IMG/VR virus record: IMGVR_UViG_3300020576_005251
Span: 32,001-96,000 of that record
Length of the DNA stretch: 64,000 nt
Source of the DNA: a virus
Taxonomy: Duplodnaviria; Caudoviricetes
Reading direction: 5' to 3' (one strand)
Shown piece by piece: positions 18,314 through 28,600 of this stretch (positions are counted from its first letter, which is position 1; each line of letters begins with the position of its first letter). The translations under genes were made by a program, and so were the position numbers. A model generated the notes under the pieces. It saw nothing but the letters and a program-made list of their open reading frames with translations, searched no databases and was not told the DNA's origin.

Positions 18314-20286
18314 ACTTCTTCCACCTTCGCAATGGGTTTGGTGACTGAGGCCGCGTACTTGCAGCCCTTCCCGAATGGGACGATCTGTTCGTCATAGCAC
18401 GTGTCGATGCGGTCGCACGAGGTGCACGCGATCGCATCCGACATGGTGAGGCCGACGCTCCGCTTGAACCGGAACGACGCCTCGACAAAGCGGTCGGCAA
18501 CGACGCCGCTCTTCCTGGAGCTGAGCAGTCGGTAGACCGTCATCTTGCGCAACTGTCCCGGGCGGTTGTTCCGCTCCAAGGCTTGATCGTACTGGAGCGG
18601 CTTCCAGGGCAGAGAGTACACCATCGTGTAGTTCGCCTGCTGAAGATTGATGCCCACCGCAGCGCTGATGATGCCGATCAGCACGCGGCACTCCGGGTCT
18701 TCTCGGATCGCGGCTTCGATCAGTCCGGTCTTCCCAGATGTCGAGCCGTCGAGTCGAACGGTCTTGACACCCATGGACTTTGCGACGCGCTCCATGTCGT
18801 CGAGCTCGGGCCCGAAACACCCCCAGCACAGGACTTTATTGGTCGGGTCTTCCTGAAGGATCGTGCGCAAGAGATCCTCGAACACCTCCAGCTTGGGGTT
18901 CTCCACGTCCCGAATCGCCTTTGGCTTGATCGCCTTGGGGAACGGAACGCACTTCTTGGTGTACGGCTTGATGTCCTCTTCGACGCAGTGCTGCATGCGC
19001 GGACACGCATCGCACACCATCGTGTCCGCCTTGTCGTACATGAACCCCGACACCAGCTGCAACAGCTTGTTGACCCGGGCGGCGCCGTGGGGGACCTGGA
19101 AGAGCGGGTCGAGATCCGACCCCATACGCTCTTCGACGGGTTGCAGATACTGACCATCCGGGGTGATGGACGCGCGCATCGTCGCGACGAGTTCGTTGTA
19201 GCGTGCCCGCTGGTTTCGTCCCAGATCGTACGTGACATCCACGATCACCTGCTCGGGCAGATCCAGGCAATCTTTCTTCTTCATCCGGGTGACGACCGAG
19301 TCAACGACCGCGTTGATCTCCTGGAGGTTCTGGTAGCCGACCAGCACTTTGCGGGTGCCGCGCGCATTGAACACGTAGTAGCGCTCCTGAAACTTCGTCC
19401 AGGAGTAGGGCAGGAGCCAGGAGGCGAGAAACTTGATCTGCGCGTAGATCTTCCCCGGCGTCTCGCCGGGAGTGCCGGTGAGAGCAATACGCCGTACGGC
19501 GCGCGAGGCGAGCTCGAAAACTGCCGTCGTCGGCTTGCTCTCCGGGTTGCCCAGGACGTGGGACTCGTCCACGATGATCGTGTCGTAGTCCAGTTCGAGC
19601 AGGCGACTGCGCTCAGGGGCGTGGATAACATCGACGCCGATAAGCGGATCTCCTACCTCGAACTGCGCCTCCAGCTGACAGCGCGTGTACGTCGCGAGGA
19701 CGATGTCGGCCGTCTTCGCCGCCTCACACGCTTCGTCGGAGCCGTCCCATCTCACGACCTTCCACTGGTTGCGTGTCGCGCGGAGCGCTTCGCGGGCCCA
19801 GCCGTCCATGACCACAGGCGGACCGATCACGAGAGCACGCTTGAAGTGGCCATCGTGCCGCAAGACGCGCAGCCCGTCGATGGCGGTGCGCGTCTTGCCC
19901 GTGCCCATGTCCCACTGGAACCAGCATCGGGGCCAGTGTCGGATTCGTGCGATGCCCGCACGCTGGTAGCTGTACGGAGGGAAGTCCGACGAGAAGAAGT
20001 CGGGAGGCAAGTCCGCGAGGTCCGATGATGCCGGGTCCTCCCACTTGGTGGCTTCCGTCTGTAGATTCCGCTCGTGAGCCTGTGCGGCGGCGTCCTGGTG
20101 CAATACGCCGTATACGACGCGGAGGTCGCGCAGGACGCGCAACCCAAAAGGGTAGTACGCCGGGAACACCCACGCGTTGAGCTCGGGGATGTAGGTGCCG
20201 TGGCTCACGCGCTTGGTGCCGTCCTGAGGCTCGCCGCGCACCACGAACGCGGCGGCGCCTTGAATCATTGTGCCACTTACGATCAT
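18310..20286 (-). CDS. SNF2-family (SF2) helicase
   Basis: DMGTGKT, IVDESH, LTGTP, GINLQ, QALERNNRPGQ. An alternative start at 20319 is possible. Confidence 0.9.
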   Translation of the reverse strand: MIVSGTMIQGAAAFVVRGEPQDGTKRVSHGTYIPELNAWVFPAYYPFGLRVLRDLRVVYGVLHQDAAAQAHERNLQTEATKWEDPASSDLADLPPDFFSSDFPPYSYQRAGIARIRHWPRCWFQWDMGTGKTRTAIDGLRVLRHDGHFKRALVIGPPVVMDGWAREALRATRNQWKVVRWDGSDEACEAAKTADIVLATYTRCQLEAQFEVGDPLIGVDVIHAPERSRLLELDYDTIIVDESHVLGNPESKPTTAVFELASRAVRRIALTGTPGETPGKIYAQIKFLASWLLPYSWTKFQERYYVFNARGTRKVLVGYQNLQEINAVVDSVVTRMKKKDCLDLPEQVIVDVTYDLGRNQRARYNELVATMRASITPDGQYLQPVEERMGSDLDPLFQVPHGAARVNKLLQLVSGFMYDKADTMVCDACPRMQHCVEEDIKPYTKKCVPFPKAIKPKAIRDVENPKLEVFEDLLRTILQEDPTNKVLCWGCFGPELDDMERVAKSMGVKTVRLDGSTSGKTGLIEAAIREDPECRVLIGIISAAVGINLQQANYTMVYSLPWKPLQYDQALERNNRPGQLRKMTVYRLLSSRKSGVVADRFVEASFRFKRSVGLTMSDAIACTSCDRIDTCYDEQIVPFGKGCKYAASVTKPIAKVEEV

Positions 20287-20321
20287 GTGCCTATCCTTCC
20301 CTGGTGTACGACGAATCATTC

Positions 20322-22001
20322 ATGAGTTTTGGCGGGCCTCGGGGGAACACACACCCGAACCCGATGTACGACTACTTCACGGCGCTGACCCCCAGGCGCC
20401 TGAAGGAGCTCTTCAAGCTCGCGCAGTTCGTCGGCATCAACAGCGCCCACATCTACGGAGTCCTGCGCAAGTTCGGTGAGATCCCGATCACGCGCTTGGT
20501 GTTCGAGACCGTCGTCGAGACCGAGCTCAAGCAGCACGAGAAGCTCTTCAACGAGCAGCTTCGGCTGTGCGGCTTTCTGACGATGGCCTCGTTCGACCTC
20601 CAGCTGACCGGGAACTCCATCGTCACGATGTACGAACCGATTCAGCGTGACCTGATCTGCACTCGATGCCACACGCCAGAGAACATCGAGGCGGCGGACT
20701 ACTCGTTCAACCTCGACAAGACCGAGTTCCGTCACGACTGCCGCAAGTGCGGGGTGACGCGAGTCCTGTCGAAAGTGAAGGACACACAGCTCAAGGACTC
20801 CTCCAAGATCCGGCTGCTGCGGCTCGATCCTCTGCTCGTGGACATCGACCAGAACCGTACCACAGGGGAGACCGAGTACTACTACCAGATCCCGCGCGCC
20901 GATGTGGTCAAGGTGCGTGCAGGCGTCAAGCTCCACATCAATCACACGCCGATCGAAGTCCTCCAGGCCATGCGCAACGGCAAGGTCATCAAGCTGGACC
21001 CGTCGAACGTGTATCACATGCGTAAGCCTGCGCCTGCGGGGCTGGATGGCCAGTGGGGTCTCCCGCCGCTCGTGGCGGCAATCAAGCTGTTCATGTTCGC
21101 GGCAACTCTGCGGCGTGCGAACGAGGCGATCGCGCTGGAGTACATCACTCCCTTCCGCGTGATTCACCCCATGGCGGCGAGCGGTCAGGGCGACCCGATA
21201 ACGACTCTGAACCTGGGGCGTTGGAAGGATGAGATCCAGGAGAACATGCGGATGCACCGGAGAGATCCGCTGCGCGCGATGTTCGCCCCCATCCCCATCG
21301 GCGTGCAGAACATCGGCGGCGACGGGCGTACTCTCCTGACACTCGGCGAGCTACAAGAGGCCGAGAAGTCAATCATCCTCTCGCTGGGCGTTCCCTATGA
21401 GTTCGCGGTGGGCGGCATGGGGCGGCGCAGCGGCGAGGTCGATCTGCGGATGATCGAGAACCAGCTCCGCACGCACACCGAAGACCTCAACGGTCTGGTG
21501 GCGTGGGTCGAGCGACGTGCGACCACGTTCCTCGGCTGGAAGAGCGTTCCGACCAAGCTCGTGGAGTTCAAGCTCCTCGACGATCTGACCAACAAGCAGC
21601 TGCTCATCCAGCTCTGGCAGGCCGGATCGGTGAGCAAGACGACGGTCTCTCAGTCGGTGGACGTGGACCTCGCGCATGAGCGTGAACTCATCAAGCAGGA
21701 GACGCTGAGCGACGCACGCTCGCGCGCTGAGACGGAGATCTTGATCGCCAAGGAGCAGTCGTCGCTCTCCGCATCCGCGCAGCGCAAGGCGTTGATGGGT
21801 GGCGGCGGTACGGCGTACGATCAACAGCAGGTGTTCAGCATGAACGCCCCGCTGGCGCAAGAACTGGCTGCGCTGGATCCGAGTTCGCGAAAGAGTCGTT
21901 TGATCGCCCTGGAAAAGGAAGACCGGGTTGCTTACGCGGTCGTGATGGTAATCTTGGCGGATCTGGAGCGCGGAGGCGCCCAGCAAGGAGCGCCCGTATG
22001 A
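20322..22001 (+). CDS. Portal protein with a zinc-ribbon insertion
   Basis: About 560 aa, first gene of the virion operon; portal-like LTGNSIV, HMRKP...WGLPPL, LSLGVPYEF; CTRC...CRKC insert. Confidence 0.7.
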   Translation: MSFGGPRGNTHPNPMYDYFTALTPRRLKELFKLAQFVGINSAHIYGVLRKFGEIPITRLVFETVVETELKQHEKLFNEQLRLCGFLTMASFDLQLTGNSIVTMYEPIQRDLICTRCHTPENIEAADYSFNLDKTEFRHDCRKCGVTRVLSKVKDTQLKDSSKIRLLRLDPLLVDIDQNRTTGETEYYYQIPRADVVKVRAGVKLHINHTPIEVLQAMRNGKVIKLDPSNVYHMRKPAPAGLDGQWGLPPLVAAIKLFMFAATLRRANEAIALEYITPFRVIHPMAASGQGDPITTLNLGRWKDEIQENMRMHRRDPLRAMFAPIPIGVQNIGGDGRTLLTLGELQEAEKSIILSLGVPYEFAVGGMGRRSGEVDLRMIENQLRTHTEDLNGLVAWVERRATTFLGWKSVPTKLVEFKLLDDLTNKQLLIQLWQAGSVSKTTVSQSVDVDLAHERELIKQETLSDARSRAETEILIAKEQSSLSASAQRKALMGGGGTAYDQQQVFSMNAPLAQELAALDPSSRKSRLIALEKEDRVAYAVVMVILADLERGGAQQGAPV

Positions 22002-22405
22002 GCACCACAGACCCGTACAAGAAAGCCTTCGGTACCCAGGCCCGGAGCTATGAAGAGGACCAACCCGGAGCGCCGCGCGGACCGATGGGTCCGCAGGCTC
22101 CCATGCGCCCGCTGTCCGCGCACATGGAAGTCTTCGTCATCTACCGCCCGCTGATGACCTGCGTGTTCTGCAAGCGGCGGCTCTTCAGCAGCGAAGATGA
22201 AGACGAGAAACGTGAAACGACAGACCTGATTCCCGACAACAACGAGGAGTACATCTGCCCGCACACGCGTCTGAAGGATCTTCAGCGCTTGATGGCGCGG
22301 GCCAGTGCAGGAGAGGTCGTGATCGGGACGAGCGTTCCGAACACGCTGGTGAACGGAGTCACGCAGGTTCTGGTCTCCTGGGTGGTCTTATCCCCAAAGA
22401 GATGA
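21998..22405 (+). CDS. Hypothetical protein (CxxC, CPH)
   Basis: 135 aa ORF coupled to the portal gene. Confidence 0.6.
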   Translation: MSTTDPYKKAFGTQARSYEEDQPGAPRGPMGPQAPMRPLSAHMEVFVIYRPLMTCVFCKRRLFSSEDEDEKRETTDLIPDNNEEYICPHTRLKDLQRLMARASAGEVVIGTSVPNTLVNGVTQVLVSWVVLSPKR

Positions 22406-22413
22406 TGTCGCGA

Positions 22414-22440
22414 AGGCCCCCGGGGTTTCCCCAGGGGCCT
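22414..22440. terminator. GC-rich hairpin downstream of the portal pair
   Basis: AGGCCCC-C-GGGG-TTT-CCCC-A-GGGGCCT; no clear U tract. Confidence 0.45.
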
Positions 22441-22610
22441 CCACAACTCGAAGCCGTCATTCTCCCGGTGCTCTAGCGCCCCACGCCTGGGGCGTCGCTC
22501 AGAGCAGTACGATCAGGAACTTGAACACAGAGACGATGGTCACTACGTACCTCTGCGGAGGGGAAACTGTCCGCATTGTCTTCTACCCGAATACGCCGTA
22601 AACTTCTGGG

Positions 22611-25600
22611 GTGTCAGAACCCACGCCTATCTTGACCGACGCCAGCGTGATCCGTCAGCGCATGCACGAGAAGTCGATCTCGGCGATCGCGTCGACCTTC
22701 CCGCTCACGCTCCGCAACGGGACGCTGGAGGTGCAAGACCTCAAGGTCGTCACGCGGCAGTTCAGCCCGATCGACCAGTACAACGCGCTGATGCGCGAAG
22801 GCACCCTTCAGGAAGCGGTGAAGGGCACCCTCGTCCTCAAGGACAAGGAGGGCAAGGTCGTCGACACGGCGAAGAACTTCACCCTCGTACACGTGCCCCA
22901 TCTGACCGAGCGTCACACGTTGATCATGGGCGGCAACGAGTATCAAGTCGCCAACCAGCTTCGGCGCAAGCCGGGCGTGTACACGGCGCGCGCCGACAAC
23001 GGCGAGCTGCGGGCGATCTTCAACCTGGGGCGCGGCAGCAACTTCAACCTGGGCTTCACACCCGACAAGGGCACCTTCCACGTCCAGCTGGGGACCTCCA
23101 ACATCCCGCTCTACCCCGTGCTCCGCGCGGCGGGCGTCAGCCACGAGACCATCGCCCACCACCTCGGCGACGCGGTGGCCAAGGCCAACCAGACCTACCA
23201 CGGCAAGGAGGAGGAACGCGCGACCGGGAAGCTCTACGCGAAGCTGGAGCACCCCGCGCTGTTCAACGCGAACCTCCCGCACGCGGAGAAGGTGGAGGCG
23301 ATCCGCAAGAAGTGGGACGTGACCACGCTCGACCCCCACGTGACGGAGGCGACTCTCGGTACGGCGTATTCAAAAGTCACCCCCGAGGCGCTGCTGACGG
23401 CGGCACGGAAGGTGCTCGATGTCCACGGCGGTCACAAGGCCACCGATGACACCGACGCGTTGACCTACAAGACCTTCCACTCGCTGGACGACTTTCTGCA
23501 CGAACGGATCAAGCTCACCGCGCGCGCCTGGGTGCCGAAGGCGAAGCTCGCCCTCGCGACCAAGGGCACGATTCACGAGGCGTTGCGCCCTGCGCCCTTC
23601 TCGGATGGCGTGCGAAAGTTCATCACGACCGGCTCGCTGGCGGCGGTGCCGACTGCGATCAACCCGCTCGAACTGATCGATCACGCGGTGAAGGTGACGA
23701 GCCTTGGAGAGGGTGGAATCCCCTCGGATCGAGCCATTCCGCTTGACGCGCGCATGATCCACAACACGCACTTCGGAGCACTGGATCCGATCCGTACGCC
23801 TGAGTGTTTTCCGCCTGACGTCGAAGTCTGCACTCAACGGGGGTGGGCGCGTTGGGACGATGTGAGTGACTCGGACGCGTTCCTGACGATGGCGGGGGAC
23901 CTCCGCGTATTCCAGCTCCCTGAGCGTATCGTGCGTGAGCCCTACGAAGGGCTCATGTGTCACATGACAGGTGAGCATATCGACTGCGTGGTCACACCGA
24001 ACCACCGTGTATACGGGCGTGCGACCGAGCTTGCAGATGACGCCTTCGTGCAAGCGTGGGAACTTCAGGGCGCGACCCAGTGGTACTTCCCTACGGAGGA
24101 CCCGAACTTCGACTCCGTGTATGAGAGCGCACTCAGCACCTCAGTACAGCCCTATCGCGGCATGGTCTACTGCGCGACCGTCCCTGGGGGGCTCCTCTAT
24201 GTCCGCCGAAACGGTTGTACGCCGTATTGGACCGGCAACTCCAGTCACTCCGGAGTGGACATTCGCGCCACCATCGCCGCCCACCGCGACGAGGCTGGCA
24301 ACCTCTACACCGTCGCCACGAACGTGAAGACGAAGCGTGAGGAGTTCCTGCGCGCCGGAGACCTGCGGAAGTACGTGGTGGCGTTCCCCGGCGAAGAGCT
24401 CAAGGGGACGGTCGACGCCTTCAAGAACGGGCGTGTCGAGCGCGTGCCTGCGAGCACGGTGACGCACCAAATCGCTCACACCTCGCACCTCTATTCCCCT
24501 GCGACCACACTCCTGCCGCTGATCCACGGCATGCAGGGCAACCGCGCGATCATGGCGTCGAAGATGGGCACCCAGGCGTTGCCGCTCATCGAGCGGGAAG
24601 CCCCCTTCGTGCAGTCGAAGAGCCACCTGCCGGGTGAGATCAGCTTCGAGGCGATGTACGGGCACATGATCGCGCCGAGGGCGCCGGTCAGTGGGAAGGT
24701 GGTGAAGATCGAGGATGGGTGGATTCACATTCGGCCGGAGGGGGTGAAGAAGGCGACACACGCGGATGTGCGACACATCTTCGTCACGGGTCATTCGGGC
24801 TCCGGGAAGTCGACCTACGCCAAGAGTCTGTCGTCTGAAACGGGACTACCCGTTCACCGGCTCGACGACGCCCCCGGGCTGTTGGCCGCGCGCAAGTTGG
24901 GGGACACACCAACCGCAGAACGCCTGTCGCGCGAGGCGGTCGACCGTAGTTTGACGCTGTCGGTACCGCACATCATCGAAGGCACGTCCGCGTTGTTGAC
25001 GCCGGATCGTATGGCAGGGCACCGCGTTGTCTTGATGGACGCCCCGCGCGAGCACATTCTCAACGCGAGACTCCAGCGCGAAGTGGCGCAGGCGGCATCA
25101 CGCGGGGTTCCCGAGGATGTGGGGCGGCGCCAAGCACACGGAGCCGGTCTGTACGACTACTACGCACCACACGTTGATGCCGTGCGGCGTCTGTCGAACG
25201 TCGAAGTTCGAGCGCCGGGGTATGTGCCTACCGCTAAAGAGGCGGCTGAGTTCGTGGCGTATGTCGAAAAGACCGCCGAAGACCGCCCCACCGTCAAGGT
25301 TCGCTCTTTCGGCCCGTTCACGTTCCACGTCGAGATCCCCAAGGGCGCCAAGCCCTTCGGCCACCCGTTCCCCTGCGACTACGGCTACCTCCCGGGGTAC
25401 GTCGGTCCCGACGGCGACTCCCTCGACTTCTGGGTGGGGTCGGACAAAGACGGCGCGTTCGTTTCCGTCGACACCGAGGAGCAGAACGCGAAGGGTGTGT
25501 GGGTCAAGCGGGACACGAAGTACGTCGTCGGGGTGCCAAGCAATGAGGTGCATCTCGTCCTCACGCAGATCGAGCGCAAGCCCAAGACCCGGTGCGTCAA

Positions 25601-28600
25601 CCGACGCGACTACGCGTCGTGGGACGCGCTGACCAAGAGCATCGCGCACTTCAAGGACGAGGACGATCAGGTCGAGAAGACCGCCGCGACAAAGGACGAC
25701 GGACTCGTCCGCGTGCCGTACAGCCAGAACTTCCCGTTCCCTTCGAAGACCAGTCTGAACCACACGCTGAGCGTCAAGCCCGGCGACACTGTGGTAGCTG
25801 GGCAGCGCATGGGCGATTCCAACTACACGAAGGACGGCGTCCTCGCGCTCGGGCGCAACCTCCGCGTGGCGTACGTCCCCCACTACGGCCTGAACTCGAA
25901 CGACGCCGTGGTGATCAGCGAGGCGTGCGCCAAGAAGCTCACGAGCGAGCACGTGTACCGCGAGGTGTTCTCCATCCCGGTCGGCATGGAGTTCAGCAAG
26001 GAGCGGCACCAGTTCTACTACGGGACGAAGTACAGCCCTGCGCAATACGGCGTACTGGACACGCATGGCGTGGTCAAGAAGGGGGTGCGGGTCAACCCGA
26101 AGGACCTCCTGGTCTGCGGACTCGTGAAGACCCAGGTTGTCGGCACCGATGCCATCCTGGGGCGCATCTCCAAGGCGCTCGCCCGCCCCTATCAGGAGGT
26201 CGCGCTCACCTGGAACCACGGCACTCCGGGTGAGGTGATCGACGTGGTCCGTACGGGATCCCAGATCGCGGTCCTGGTGAAGACCATCGAGCAGATGCAG
26301 GTGGGGGACAAGCTCGCGGGTCGCCACGGCAACAAGGGCGTCGTGGCGAAGATCCTCCCTGATCACGAGATGCTGAAGGACGAAGCGGGCAACACGATCG
26401 ACCTCCTCCTGACGAGCGCAGGCGTGATCTCGCGCATCAACCCCTCACAGGTGTTGGAGACCGCGCTGGGCAAGGTCGTTGAGAAGACGGGCAAGCCGAT
26501 CGTCTTCGACAACAACATGCCGAGGAACCTGGAAGCCTGGACCGCTGAGCAGCTCAAGAAGCACAACATCAAGGACAAGGAGCACCTCTACGACCCGGTG
26601 TTGAAGCGTCACATCAAGGGCCCGGACGGCGCGGGCGTGTTCGTCGGGCGCCAGTTCATCTACAAGCTGTTCAAGAGCACCGACACGAACTTCTCGGGGC
26701 ACGGTGTTGGGCCGTACGATCTCAATGAACAGCCCCTGAAGACCGGGGGCGAAGAGTCCGCCAAGGGTATCGGGAAGATGGAGTTCGACGCGTTGATCGC
26801 GCACAACGCGCGCAACTTCCTGCGCGAGGCGTCCGCGATCAAGGGGCAGAAGAACGACGAGTTCTGGCGGGCGATCCAGCTGGGCCTCCCGCTCCCTGCC
26901 GCGAAGTCCCCGTTCGCCTTCAAGAAGTTCGTGGGGATGCTGGAGGGCGCGGGGCTGAAGGTGGATCAGCGTGGCTCCAAGTTCCAGCTGCTGCCGCTCA
27001 CCGACAAGGACATCCTGGCGCGATCGACCGGCGAGATCAAGAAGCCGGAGACGCTCATCGCGAAGAACCTCAAGCCCGAGGCTGGGGGTCTGTTCGACCC
27101 GAGGCTCACCGGGGGGCTTGGTGGGACGTTGTATTCGCACATCGACCTCCACGAGCCCATCCCTCACCCGGTGTTCAAGGAGCCGGTGCGGCGCCTGCTC
27201 GGGCTCACGGAGAAGGGCTTCGACGAGAAGCTCCAGACGCACGGTGGCGCGTGGTTTCACAAGGAACTGAAGGCGCTCGACACCGACCAGAAGCTCAAGG
27301 ATCTGCACGCGCGCCTGAAGACCGCGAAGGGCGCAGACCTCAACGACACCGTCAAGCAGATCAAGTACCTCGACGCACTGAACGCTCACGGCTACAAGCC
27401 GCACGACGCGTACGTCGTATCGAAGGTGCCTGTGGTGCCTCCGGTGTTTCGACCGATCATCGCTCAGCCGAACAACCCTGGGGAGCTGATGATCGCAGAC
27501 GCCAACAAGCTGTACATGCACGTGATGGATTCGAACCACACGCTGAAGAACACAGCGCTGGAGTCCGACATCGGCAAGCACCGCCGTCAGATGTTCAACG
27601 CAGTGGCGGCGCTCTACGGCACAGAGGACGTGGAGAACGACGAGCTGCGCGGACAGAGCGTGAAGGGCTTCCTGTCGAACATCGCAGGTGTCGGCACGCC
27701 CAAGGGCGGGTTCTTTCAGCGCAAGGTGATCCGCAAGACCCAGGACGTGTCGGGCCGTGGCACGGCGGTGCCCGATCCGACCTTGGGCATGGACAACGTC
27801 GGCATCCCCGAGCAGATGCTCTGGCAGATGTACGACAAGCTGATCATCGCGCGCATGGTGCGTCAGGGCCACACGGCGCTCGAAGCCAAGGAGGCCGTAC
27901 TCAAGAAGACGCCCTCGGCGAAGGCGGCGTTCATGCAGGAGATCGGCGAGCGGCCGGTGATGATCAATCGGGCGCCGACGCTCCATCGGTGGTCGATCGT
28001 GTCGGCGTACGCCGTACCCGTGCAAGGGAAGACGATTCGGGTGAACCCGTTTATCGAGAAGGGGTTGAATCTTGACTACGACGGGGATAATCAAGATTCA
28101 ACTGTAATCTTGATTCTGGCAAAGCCGCCTTTTGGCGGTTGTCATAATCGTGGTTCATACCTTGACTTCGTTACTGACAGTGCTACAGTGGTACTCCCTG
28201 GAGACCTTCGTCTCCCTCTCATGGAGGATCACATGGCCGCACGCTTCCGTACCGAAGTCCCTGCCCTCATCAACCAAGAGCTCGTCCTCTGCGATCTCGC
28301 GAACTTCCCACACGGGGAGAAGGTCAGTCAGAATGGGCACATCTCCTTCTACGCCGTGCCGGAGAATGTGTCGGTTCTCGCTCTCGACGAGGCTACCGGG
28401 CGCATCTGTGTGCAGCACCCCACGCTCTGGTCCCACCATGCTCAACGGGAGCGCGTCATCATCACGCTCGGCTCCGAACGACAGATCTTCTCCGACGACG
28501 ATCCGCGCGCTGTCTACGGCCTGGATTCGAATCTGAACTACATCAGGCGGCGCCCCTCGGAGTCCGTGGGCGTCTTCGTACCCGTCAGCTACGGCGCTAT

